Shown here: one piece after another, positions 21,299-31,103 of the stretch | Layout: each line of letters begins with the position of its first letter | How positions within the stretch are numbered: the first letter of the stretch is position 1 | Assembly: GCA_965644495.1 (NCBI GenBank) | Contig: CBFFSA010000008.1 | Location: 496,001-560,000, forward strand | Length of the DNA: 64,000 bases | From: Perkinsela sp. CCAP 1560/9 | Taxonomy: Eukaryota > Protista > Euglenozoa: Kinetoplastea | Direction: 5' to 3' | Notes under the pieces: generated by a model | The model's input: only the letters and a program-made list of their open reading frames with translations | What the model was told of the DNA's origin: nothing | Database searches by the model: none | Position numbers and translations under genes: made by a program

Positions 21299-21979
21299 CT
21301 AAGCGGCGTTGGCATGATATTGCATCAATTGTGATACTCGGTTTTTGTGATCTGCAAGTCCCGGTGAAGATTCGTACACGGCTGTAGCTGCGACGGGATT
21401 CGCCTTCAGTCCTGTGGACTCTCCGAGGAATCCTACATGCCACAATAAGTTAACATCATCTTCGTTTACACTAGGAAAAAATAACGTAATACTGCGAACA
21501 GCATTAAATTTCCCAGCTTTCAGTGTATAGGTGACAGCGGGATCATCCCCACTTGACGAAGCCAATGTAATTTCCTGCACAGGTGCTATCTCAGCACAAG
21601 ACGTTATGCAAAGATCGCTTCTATTTGTGTAAATGCGAACGTTTTGTGGACCACGACTAGGGCTCGCTCCCGCAACCTGCAGACAAATGGCTCGAACGCG
21701 GACTACGGAGGTAAAAGGAACGTGCAAAAGAACGTCGCCATCTGTGTCGGATTGAAGTGGTACTTCCCCGTGTCGTATGGTTTTGCACGCATCGCTGTGC
21801 GGCTTCAGGGCTGTTGTGCGCCGAATATCAGGAGTGGCATTCTGAGTTTCCACACCAGAAACGTTAATGAAGGGAAACAAGCATGTTCCGGTCATGCTCA
21901 GTGTGTCTGCGTGGTCTGCTTTACCTTCATCCTCATGACTGTGTGAACATCCACAACAGCTATGGTTAGGATGTGTCAT
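21299..21979 (-). CDS. PITH domain-containing protein (PITHD1-like)
   Basis: His/Cys-rich N-terminus, SDTDGDVLLHVPFT, GPQNVRIYTN, KFNAVRSITLFF, VYESSPGLADH. Confidence 0.88.
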   Translation of the reverse strand: MTHPNHSCCGCSHSHEDEGKADHADTLSMTGTCLFPFINVSGVETQNATPDIRRTTALKPHSDACKTIRHGEVPLQSDTDGDVLLHVPFTSVVRVRAICLQVAGASPSRGPQNVRIYTNRSDLCITSCAEIAPVQEITLASSSGDDPAVTYTLKAGKFNAVRSITLFFPSVNEDDVNLLWHVGFLGESTGLKANPVAATAVYESSPGLADHKNRVSQLMQYHANAA

Positions 21980-22219
21980 ATACAAAGTTTGATGTACGTA
22001 CAATGAAACTGAGATCTAAACAAGGTATTGAATTGTCATTCTGTACTTGGACTTTTAAATTTTGCATTTAAAACAACGAAATAAACACCGTACGGCCATG
22101 TTATTTTTTTAGGTTTGCTTTAGATTTATCGTACTGGTTGAGTATTTAGGGTAATAAAAAATACCTCACAAGTAGCTTCAACTCTTCACTTAATTCTCTT
22201 GCAACGGATTTTTCCATCT

Positions 22220-22591
22220 TTAATCTTCTTCTGTATCCTGGATGTTGTAATAGCGTAGCTCATATCGGTCCTTGCTGATAGAAACGACTCGTAGCCAGTC
22301 ACGAAGCAGCTTTTTCTTCAGGAAGCGCTTTGTCAGGTACTTGAAGTATCGCTTTGAAAAGCCTATGTAGGATGTTACGACTAGTTTTTTGTCCTGAACC
22401 GCAATTTTGACTTTCTCACCGAGTTCCCGCGTTTTTCCGTTCACTTTGATATGTTCTTGGAAGTACTTCTCCATTCCTGCGAAATGCTCCTGTTCAAAAA
22501 TCCCATCCGTTGCTGGCTTCGTGCAGTCGATGTAATAGGACTTTTTGCTGTTCAATACGGGATTCTCCTTCTTGTTTAGCTTTCGTACCAT
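22220..22591 (-). CDS. RPL22: 60S ribosomal protein L22 (eL22)
   Basis: IDCTKPATDGIF, FSKRYFKYLTKRFLKK, LRDWLRVV, YELRYYNI. Confidence 0.97.
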   Translation of the reverse strand: MVRKLNKKENPVLNSKKSYYIDCTKPATDGIFEQEHFAGMEKYFQEHIKVNGKTRELGEKVKIAVQDKKLVVTSYIGFSKRYFKYLTKRFLKKKLLRDWLRVVSISKDRYELRYYNIQDTEED

Positions 22592-22829
22592 ATTAGAACA
22601 AATAAAAGAGCTTAAAAAAATATTGAAGCGGCAATATTTTTGAATTTGAATCTGAAAAATAGTACAAAGTTACATTTCGAAGCTACCTTCGAACAAACAA
22701 GATGTTTTTTGATAAGCATCTACATGTACGTCTAGTTAAAGTAGGAACAGAAAAATACACCCTTTGACTATTTCATCGGGGAATGTACATGTACTTCGTT
22801 ATACAGGTTGGACCTTTACAACCAACTCT

Positions 22830-24563
22830 TCAGCGAAAATGTGCGGCCCATGGCTCATTCCTTTTCTCGAATTTCCCATGTGATGGTGCCGGAGGTTGGG
22901 CGCGAAGAGCCTCCTCCTCAGGACTGCTGTCTTCCGCTTTATACTTGTCATTAAACCGATCGAATTGTGACTTGATGTTCTCCTTCATGACCTGGCGAGC
23001 ACCGTATTCAATGCGCAGCTCCTTATACAGCCTATGGATATCAACTCCTTCCTTGGCTAAAGCCTCCTTATCCAGCGACTGAAAGTGAGATTCACACTCG
23101 GCGCTTAAATTAGGAATCTCATCTTCACGAACACGTCGGTCTTGTTTCATAGCTCGCTTGGCATGGACTTGGTGTTGTGCTTGATCACTTCGGACGCTGT
23201 GTTCGTATCCTAGATCCATACGTGAGGTGCCTCGCACGGACGATGTTGTCACGCCCCTACCAGACGCCGCAACATCATCCTTCGCTTCAGTGGCACCCTT
23301 CTTATCGTTTGTTGATTGGCGTATTTTTCGATTCTCGCGCTCTACTTGTTCCGCCTCGCTGAGGTATTCGGAATGAATTTCGTTGGCTCTGCGAATCCCA
23401 TCTTCTTGTTTGGCCATACAATACTCATTCATCATAAAATCTTCATCCGAACCAAACGCTTTCTGCAAATCCGGCCGATTTAAGAAATCCACTGGGGTAC
23501 CGTGTTCGTCCTTACAAGTGCCACTGACTACCCGGCCGTTCTCCCAGAACCCCTCAAACACGAGTCGAGGCGAGACCTGAAGCTGCTCACTGCGTCCCAC
23601 GCCCTGCGGTAGGCCCTGAGGGCTGAGCTGGCCTTCATAGGTGTACTCCGCCGTCCGCAGCTCCCCTTGCGGCAACACCCCATGTAGAAACGACCCACTG
23701 TACACATATCCGTTCTCCAGTCGCATCCTCCCATTCCCATGCAACTTTCCTTGGAAAAAACTCCCCTCCAGGTAGGCACCCCCAGGGAGTTCCATGCGAC
23801 CTTTTCCGTGCGGAGCGTTCTGCTGGAACTCCCCCGTATACCTCACCCCTCCATGAGTACACAGCGTGCCATTCGCGAAGCTCTCATCCACCAGCGTACC
23901 CTTAAACTCCACGGAGCCGGCACCCTCCTGCACGACCACCTTACCCTCCACGAGGTCATCGGAGGCAAAGTGTCCTTCATAGTAGGTCCCATCGGAGAGC
24001 CAAGCCCTGCCGGTTCCACTGCGTAGCCAATCGATGTCGTACTCGCCCTGGTAGACGTCTCCGTGTTCGTAGAGTAAAGTACCAGGTGCAGGGACCTCGT
24101 GGTTGTTGTTGTCGTCTTTATCATTTTTCTTGTTCTTCTTGTCTTTGTCGTCGCCTTTATTTTCTTTACTCGTGCTGTTGATTTCGTTGCGCTCGCTGTT
24201 ATCCTCGTTTTTGTTGTTGCTTTGATTTTTGCTGCCGCTGTTGTCGTCCTTGTTGTGTTTTTTATTTGTATTGTTTTCCGTTTTGTTGATATGGAGCTGA
24301 ATAAATCGACCAACATAAATCCGATCATTGGGTCGTTCCTTGGTTTCGGAATCAGGGAAGGGGTGAGGGGAGGGTGGGGGGCGTGTCGCATACGTACGGC
24401 TTAGGGAGAAGAGGAAGAGAGGCATATGGGTATTGCGGGTAGGGGAAATACGGGTATTCCGTGAGGAGAATAGGAGCGTTGGACGGGGTGTGGGTGTGTG
24501 GTGTAAAGAACAGGAAAGGGTGCGATAGAAGTGTGTCATTTGTTGACGTACTCTGACAGTCAT
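22830..24563 (-). CDS. MORN-repeat protein, probable mitochondrial presequence
   Basis: Repeated YxGxF/W...GxG units (YQGEY, YEGHF, YTGEF, YSGSF, FEGFW); Asn/Lys/Asp low-complexity insert. Confidence 0.85.
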   Translation of the reverse strand: MTVRVRQQMTHFYRTLSCSLHHTPTPRPTLLFSSRNTRISPTRNTHMPLFLFSLSRTYATRPPPSPHPFPDSETKERPNDRIYVGRFIQLHINKTENNTNKKHNKDDNSGSKNQSNNKNEDNSERNEINSTSKENKGDDKDKKNKKNDKDDNNNHEVPAPGTLLYEHGDVYQGEYDIDWLRSGTGRAWLSDGTYYEGHFASDDLVEGKVVVQEGAGSVEFKGTLVDESFANGTLCTHGGVRYTGEFQQNAPHGKGRMELPGGAYLEGSFFQGKLHGNGRMRLENGYVYSGSFLHGVLPQGELRTAEYTYEGQLSPQGLPQGVGRSEQLQVSPRLVFEGFWENGRVVSGTCKDEHGTPVDFLNRPDLQKAFGSDEDFMMNEYCMAKQEDGIRRANEIHSEYLSEAEQVERENRKIRQSTNDKKGATEAKDDVAASGRGVTTSSVRGTSRMDLGYEHSVRSDQAQHQVHAKRAMKQDRRVREDEIPNLSAECESHFQSLDKEALAKEGVDIHRLYKELRIEYGARQVMKENIKSQFDRFNDKYKAEDSSPEEEALRAQPPAPSHGKFEKRNEPWAAHFR

Positions 24564-25003
24564 TATGGTAGTGTGGTGAGGAATAACGGCGAGTTCGGTC
24601 AGGTTGATTGTTTTCTGTGCGAAAAAGGGTCAAAAGACATCGGGCCTCTCTTTCGCAGGTGCTCTAGCATACCTACCGTGGTTGTTGCATTGAAATAAAA
24701 GTAATAAGCAACGATAAAAAGAACGAAAAAATGTGGGAATTCTCGAGGGAGGTCTATTCCGAAGGAGCAGAAGATCTGTTAATAATTGGCATAGAGTACG
24801 ATTAAGAAGGTACGGACCCACAACATGTGTGTATTACCGTGCTGGTTACTGTTCTCACATTTATCGTAGAAATTGTTTTATCATTCACCATGTTTGTGCC
24901 TTGCACACTTCTACTCTTCACACCTTTTTTTCTATTTCTATGCCTTGTAGTTTACACCCCGCACTTCTACTGTTATCTAGGGGAGAATCCCACTGTTCTA
25001 AAT

Positions 25004-26722
25004 CTACTCTACATTGCTCTCTACACTCTCCATCCAGATTCTCGCATGAAACGTTCTATACAAGTTCCGTACGAGCTCCCGAAAATCCAACCGGGTCGCG
25101 GATCGATAAAAAATCGTCAGCTTCTTTAAGTCAAACTGAAACTCCGCATCCACAATCTCCATCCCCAACCCCATCTCCTTCGCCACATGGGTAGCCACCG
25201 CCACCGCCTCCCTCTCCCTCTCCTGCTGCGGCCCCAACACCTGCCGCACCTCCTCCGCGGTGGCCTCCCGCTGCACCCGCCCGGACCCCAGCCCCACCCA
25301 CTGCCCGATCGAGGCCCCGGGCACCGCGGTGGCCACCACAGCGCTCTCTGTGGTCTGCCAGGTCACAATCACCACCCCGACATCCACCCCGCGGTCCCCG
25401 GCCACCACCACGTACCGCCCCGGGGGGAACCACCCCGTCGCGGTGTACTGCAGCACCCTGGCCCGTTTGAACTCCACCAGCACGTGGCACCCGCTGTGTG
25501 TTGCCACGCCGCACTCCCCGGTGTCGTGCTCGGGGGGGTTTTCGTTGGATGGATTTTCATGAAGCGACGCCCCGGAGTGTACGATCCGTGGCCGGTGGTT
25601 GGCGTACTCCAGTCGCAGGTGGGGGAGGAACCGGTAGCGGGGGGTAGTCACGGGGATGGGTACAGACGGGATCTCTTGAGCCGGTGGAGAGGCAGAAGAT
25701 AGTGAAGAAGCAGGTGCAGAATCGCTTAACGGTGCAATCGCGGTTTCTGACCTCACCGCGGTGCTTCTTACCTCCCCGGAGGTACGATCCGTTTTTTGCT
25801 CTCTGTTTTTTCCACCTGGTGGTTCAACCCTTGTTTGGTAACGATTCAAGTCTCCACTCGCCTCTCGATCAAGGTCGATTCTTGCGGTCTCGGGACCGAG
25901 GCCTGCTTGGAGGTTTGAGTCCTCACTGGCGGCCGTGTGAAGAAGCGAAAAAGGACTCGGGGTCGTGTCTTGTTGTTTCGGGCTCTCTGCGCTCATTGGG
26001 GCAAAAATGGTCTCCAGCGCCGTAGTGTCCAGCGCGGGGAGTAGCGTCCGGGCGCGTCGTTTGCCCACACACGGGGGCGAGGCCGTGGGGATCTCCTCCA
26101 CGGGGTTCCGTTCCGGCGTCAGGGGGACAGCGGGGGTTGGCGGCCCCACAACGCTGCGGTTCTCGGTGGAGATTTGATCCGAGATGCGGGAATTCAGGTC
26201 GCGCCAGGACTCGTCGTCGGCTTGTCGGAATGTGGATTGGGTGGCCGCCTCGAGGGGGTGGGGGGCACGACGGGGGGGTGGGGTTCGTGCAGCGGGGTGA
26301 GAGGGGGCGGGGAGTGCCCCGTGGGGGGGAAACTGTGGGGGACGCATCATGAGGGGTGGGGTGCGAGCGTAGGGGTGGTCGGTGGGGATGGTGGTGCCGA
26401 GTGCGGCCCTGGGGCGACTCATTACGGGGGTCTGGGCTCGCGAGAGATGTGCTGGAGGAGGAGGAAGAGGGGGGTGCGGTCGTACCCCGGAGGGGGGCCC
26501 TGTGGCACGGATGGGAGTGTGATGTAGGGTGTGGGAAGATGGAACGTTAGTGTTGACATGCAATTGGGTAAAAACAGAACTAAGACTCTCGTGCAATCGT
26601 TGGAGCTCGGCGCGCATTCGTAGACTCCATTCATCGATTTCATTTCGAGCAGCGGCGATTTGATGTGTCAACTCATCCCGTACGTGTTGCGAGTCCATTA
26701 CGTCATTCGGCAAATTTCCCAT
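25004..26722 (-). CDS. PSP1 C-terminal domain protein (kinetoplastid cycling-sequence-binding-like family)
   Basis: VEFKR, VVVAGDRGVDVG, MEIVDAEFQFDLKKLTIFY, DFRELVRNLYRTFHARIWM; first ATG 26722. Confidence 0.88.
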   Translation of the reverse strand: MGNLPNDVMDSQHVRDELTHQIAAARNEIDEWSLRMRAELQRLHESLSSVFTQLHVNTNVPSSHTLHHTPIRATGPPSGVRPHPPLPPPPAHLSRAQTPVMSRPRAALGTTIPTDHPYARTPPLMMRPPQFPPHGALPAPSHPAARTPPPRRAPHPLEAATQSTFRQADDESWRDLNSRISDQISTENRSVVGPPTPAVPLTPERNPVEEIPTASPPCVGKRRARTLLPALDTTALETIFAPMSAESPKQQDTTPSPFSLLHTAASEDSNLQAGLGPETARIDLDREASGDLNRYQTRVEPPGGKNREQKTDRTSGEVRSTAVRSETAIAPLSDSAPASSLSSASPPAQEIPSVPIPVTTPRYRFLPHLRLEYANHRPRIVHSGASLHENPSNENPPEHDTGECGVATHSGCHVLVEFKRARVLQYTATGWFPPGRYVVVAGDRGVDVGVVIVTWQTTESAVVATAVPGASIGQWVGLGSGRVQREATAEEVRQVLGPQQEREREAVAVATHVAKEMGLGMEIVDAEFQFDLKKLTIFYRSATRLDFRELVRNLYRTFHARIWMESVESNVE

Positions 26723-27067
26723 ATAAAATAATCCGTTCTGAAATATACGGTATATGCCACGTTTAAGTCTAAGATCCAGCAATTAAGCAACATGCTGAAT
26801 AAGGACCGTATGATTCCTTAAATTTCTTGAATAGGCACATGATATACTGATGATATACTGATGATAGATGTACAAGATATGCTGTATATCAATAACAAAG
26901 ATATACTGTACTAATAGTTTATGTTTTCGTATCAGCAGTACAGATGTAAAATTGTATTCGCTGTAATGCGTCCTCGATTGTGATAGAAACTTACCGGCAA
27001 GTAAACGTCAAGCACGGCCATAAGGTGTATGATTTGCCAAGGTATTGCTGGTGTGCGTAAGCTAATC

Positions 27068-29059
27068 TTATTTCCCCACCATAGTAGACCACTGTGGTAG
27101 ATCAAGATCGTCTTCGGGCTCCTCTAACAAGGCTCGGAGCGACACCGGGTTGATACCGCTGCTCACTCCGCGGGAGAGAACATTGAGCGTGGCCTCCGAT
27201 GGAGTTGACGCTGTTGGTACGGGAATGGTTTTTCTCCGACGCGAAGATGACCTCTGAAGTGACTGGGAGCCAACGCTACCTTCTGATCCTGTGGAAGTAA
27301 ATAACGTGGCACATATACCGCGCCGTGCTTCTCGTTCTGTCCGTCTCTGGTAAAACATTTCGTATTCCTGCTCGTGTATATTTTTCTTGCGCATGTATAT
27401 ATTTTCGTCATATTCAATCTCTGGATACACCTGAGCTTTGGAAACCGTAGAACACGTCGTCGCGTCTGTGAATGTGCTCACGTCGTGATCTGAAGTATAC
27501 ACTGTCTCATCACATTCTGAATCCGGGAGAGAAACAAGATCCCAATCAATTTCTACATCTGATTCATTGCCAATTTCTGCCTCATCTGGCATCATCAGCA
27601 AAACTTCCGTCGCAGATGTGCTATTCTCTCTAGCTTCTTGAGAAGATATGCATTCAGATTGAGATATTTCTTCACTGTTCTTAAGTTTTTCAGAAGCGTA
27701 CTGAACGTCTTCTTCAGTCAACGACACTTCCGTACCATGAGCATCAACAGAGGCGAATACGTTTACTTCATTTTTTAATACTAAAAGACCTTCCTCGTTT
27801 AATTCGGGCTTCTTCAAGGGCTGATAACACGGAAGCTGGTATACTACTGATGTTGCACGTCTGTCAACTTCTGTAATCGAGGAATTAGTTTCTGCATCCT
27901 CTAGACCCGTTCGCAAGACTGCGGGAATCTCTTCTTGAAATGATTTTGTGAGTGTGTCACTCTGAACTCTCGTCATACGAACAAGTTTGTCAAATGAATG
28001 TGTGACTTCTTCCCTCAAATCCCAGTAGTTATCCCACAAGACGTTCGTCAAAGGTGATTTCATTGAAGCACGTCCTATTAAGGTTTCGCGTAAATCAGCA
28101 CGCAAACGTTGCAGCCGTTTTTCACCGGATTCTATTTTCTCTCTAAGATGGCGTACTTGGTCCAAATTTTTTAGTTTTGGAGGAAGGCTGAAAGCATTTT
28201 CTTGATTCGATGCATCTTTTCCATTCGCTATTGCGGTCGGCGTCTTCGCAAACTCGCGCAGCCGTTCCAACAAAGTATTCTCTGACATAAGTATCAGTTT
28301 GCCAAGACGTTCGATTGAACACGTATACCCAGAGCTTCTGCAGGCAATAAGTAGTGCGGTGGCAACAATTCCCTGCGGTCTTCGGCCGTAATCAATCCAT
28401 TCTTTGCGCATAGTAAGAAGCACACTATGCGCTTTTTCTATCACGTGGATGCGTTGAGAATCTTCCAAGTCCAAGTGCTGTGCTAAACGTTCTAAATACA
28501 AACTTGGATCAGTCGGAGGAATATTTAGGTCAAGTAGACCGCAAAGACGACAGTAAATTCGATTAAACTTTCCCAATTCAACCCCCGATCCTTCCACGAA
28601 TTGGTACATCACATGATTAGTATTCTGCAGCCGACATGCAATATATAAACATACAGATAGAGTAGTGGATCTCTTCACCTGGTTGTGAATTCCTCGCGAG
28701 AGCATCATTCCGTACAGACGCATGGCGACTTGTTGTACTTCCGGGGACGTTTGATATTGGTGACACATGCTTTGAAGTTCGCGTCTTGCAATTAAAATAC
28801 TTGATCGTCTGTTCTCTTCGGAAATGCTGTGATCGTATCCCGTTTCATATACTCTTTGTCTGGGCTGAAATCTACTAAATGATTTTTGGTGCATCTTGGC
28901 AGGATGTCCCTCCTCCCAGTTCACCCGCTCTGTGCGTAAAATATTATCCCCCACAACTTGTCCACAAGCCCCACAGATTGTATGTCCACGTTGAGTATCC
29001 TCTTGCTGATCAGCAGGCAAATGTGGGCAATCACGCGCTCCTTCACCCGAATGGTCCAT
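27068..29059 (-). CDS. BRF1: TFIIIB subunit BRF1
   Basis: Zn ribbon CPH...CGACG, two cyclin folds (CLYIACR; DPSLY; GRRPQGIVATALLIACR; RLREF..TPT), C-terminal SSGIN. Confidence 0.9.
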   Translation of the reverse strand: MDHSGEGARDCPHLPADQQEDTQRGHTICGACGQVVGDNILRTERVNWEEGHPAKMHQKSFSRFQPRQRVYETGYDHSISEENRRSSILIARRELQSMCHQYQTSPEVQQVAMRLYGMMLSRGIHNQVKRSTTLSVCLYIACRLQNTNHVMYQFVEGSGVELGKFNRIYCRLCGLLDLNIPPTDPSLYLERLAQHLDLEDSQRIHVIEKAHSVLLTMRKEWIDYGRRPQGIVATALLIACRSSGYTCSIERLGKLILMSENTLLERLREFAKTPTAIANGKDASNQENAFSLPPKLKNLDQVRHLREKIESGEKRLQRLRADLRETLIGRASMKSPLTNVLWDNYWDLREEVTHSFDKLVRMTRVQSDTLTKSFQEEIPAVLRTGLEDAETNSSITEVDRRATSVVYQLPCYQPLKKPELNEEGLLVLKNEVNVFASVDAHGTEVSLTEEDVQYASEKLKNSEEISQSECISSQEARENSTSATEVLLMMPDEAEIGNESDVEIDWDLVSLPDSECDETVYTSDHDVSTFTDATTCSTVSKAQVYPEIEYDENIYMRKKNIHEQEYEMFYQRRTEREARRGICATLFTSTGSEGSVGSQSLQRSSSRRRKTIPVPTASTPSEATLNVLSRGVSSGINPVSLRALLEEPEDDLDLPQWSTMVGK

Positions 29060-29269
29060 AAATGCAAGTTGTAACTATGCGTAATTGTTCTAAAAAGAAC
29101 TCCAAGTTTTGATGCAAGCACTTCAATATGTAACCTGTAAAATAATGGATATTACAAAATGTCGATTTTTGAAATTTTTCCGACACCCCACTGATATTTG
29201 CACCTTCGAATCAAAGAATCCGAGGACGAGGGCATAAAACGTCTGGGATGTATATGATATCGGTACAAT

Positions 29270-30556
29270 TCATGAGTACTCTGTCTTTAATTCCGATATC
29301 CTCTCACGAAACTGGCCAAAATGCTTGAGCTCTAGTTCTAACCTTCTCGTAAGAAGCAACGTTTGATGTCCCTTGACCAGCAAAGTTCGTAATCTATGCA
29401 TAGCCTCACATATTGAAATCGAACATACGGTAATTCTGCCCTCAAGTTTCCGGGCTAAAAGTTTATCAATTTCTTTTTGTACGTGGCTATACTGACGGTG
29501 CGGAGCAGGAAACAGAAACTCTTGAGAAAGGCTAAATGTTCCTCGTCGCCTAGAAGAAAGTGTCGGCAAAATAACTTTTACACTAGAATTCAGAGATGTG
29601 CTATGCTCAGCTATATCATCGAATGATTTAGACAGACTTTCTACCCGATCCATATGCTCTCTAAACTTCGTGCGTAGATCATTCAATGCCGTCTTGAGAG
29701 GATGTTCGTGAAACGGGCTATGTGCTACTAGGCTCTGTGGCACAGTATTCTTCTCCTTCTGAACAGTTTTCCATTCACGAACACGCTTTTCCCAAATAGC
29801 ATTTTCCTGGTCCATTCGAGAGGTATTTGCATATTTCTGAATTTGGAACTCACTAGTACCTGAGTACTTGTCGACTTCTTCTTCTCTTTGATTAGCGTCG
29901 TGCTCATGTGATTCATACTTCTCCAGCGGATGAAATAAGCTGTTCTTACATGTATGTGAGCCAAGAAGAGAGCGCACCAAAGTGCATGAAAACAATGCCA
30001 AACTATCGGCGGACTCACATTTCCCCAACCAACTGTGTTCGCGCTCTTCGATTCCATGATATTCTCTTCGGAGCCAATGAATTCTGTCGTATATGATCTC
30101 CCATCTCATATTAAGAGCACTTATGGCATCCAGAATAAATGCTACATCTCGTTTTCCAGTGTCATCTACACTGTTTGACATGATGTTTTGGTTCTCGCTA
30201 CGTTGTTGCAGCAATAGGTTTTGTCTGTGTAAGCGTCTATCATGGCAAGAATCACAATTTAGATTTTTACCAGCGTTTGTTACAGGGGTCCAGTGAGATG
30301 CGTAATGATTGTCAAACAAATGCAGTACGAGGGCCCACTTAGAGGCAAGAGTATTATCAAACTGTGGTCCTGTATTAGCTCCTCGAGAGTGTTGAATCCT
30401 CTCATCTGACATGGTATGCTTGATCTCTTCCCTCAACTTGTTTAAGGCTGCGACGTCGCATCCTGATTGCATCTCCTGGTCTTTCAAGAGCCTCAAAACC
30501 TCGCGCTGAGCAGCGCTATGTCTTTGCGTATGATCTGTTTTTCGGGAGCGTTTCAT
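29270..30556 (-). CDS. Hypothetical coiled-coil protein
   Basis: 428-aa ORF on the array strand. Confidence 0.7.
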   Translation of the reverse strand: MKRSRKTDHTQRHSAAQREVLRLLKDQEMQSGCDVAALNKLREEIKHTMSDERIQHSRGANTGPQFDNTLASKWALVLHLFDNHYASHWTPVTNAGKNLNCDSCHDRRLHRQNLLLQQRSENQNIMSNSVDDTGKRDVAFILDAISALNMRWEIIYDRIHWLRREYHGIEEREHSWLGKCESADSLALFSCTLVRSLLGSHTCKNSLFHPLEKYESHEHDANQREEEVDKYSGTSEFQIQKYANTSRMDQENAIWEKRVREWKTVQKEKNTVPQSLVAHSPFHEHPLKTALNDLRTKFREHMDRVESLSKSFDDIAEHSTSLNSSVKVILPTLSSRRRGTFSLSQEFLFPAPHRQYSHVQKEIDKLLARKLEGRITVCSISICEAMHRLRTLLVKGHQTLLLTRRLELELKHFGQFRERISELKTEYS

Positions 30557-30719
30557 TGAAAATAAGTATTCAAACCAGATGAAATGTATAAAAACGCGCT
30601 ATACTTCAGAACTACATGAATGTACACAACTACATACGTTAGAGTAGAAAATAGCTTCGTGAAAATCACATCGTACGTGGAGCTACTTTATTTGCACAAT
30701 GCTAATGGAAAGTGTATTA

Positions 30720-31030
30720 CACCCCCTTTCATTAATAATGATAATTGAAAAAAGATTTTCACCTCGGACTGTGAAAATTACTCAAAATTTATCAAAAAAA
30801 ATTCATTCCATCGTTACTCCTCCATGTCACCTCGAGGTTTTTTCCATCATCTCTTAAATTTTGTCTTGTTTTTTCCCTTCGTAGACAAAGAATCATACTA
30901 CACAGATGTATGTTTGTTTCTGATCACCCCTTATTGCGTTCGTAAATAACGATAATGATAATAATAATCTCAGTTCTGATAATCTCAGAAACATTATTAT
31001 TATCATTATCATTATTTATGAGAGGGGGTG
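30720..31030. mobile_element. 311-bp TA-flanked MITE
   Basis: TIR CACCCCCTTTCATTAATAATGATAAT vs CACCCCCTCTCATAAATAATGATAAT; ATAATG subterminal repeats. Confidence 0.8.
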
Positions 31031-31103
31031 TACATCTATAGGTGTAATATGGTGTATTATTTATAGGTATCTACCCTTCCTAATTCAGCATGCAGATACC
31101 ACA

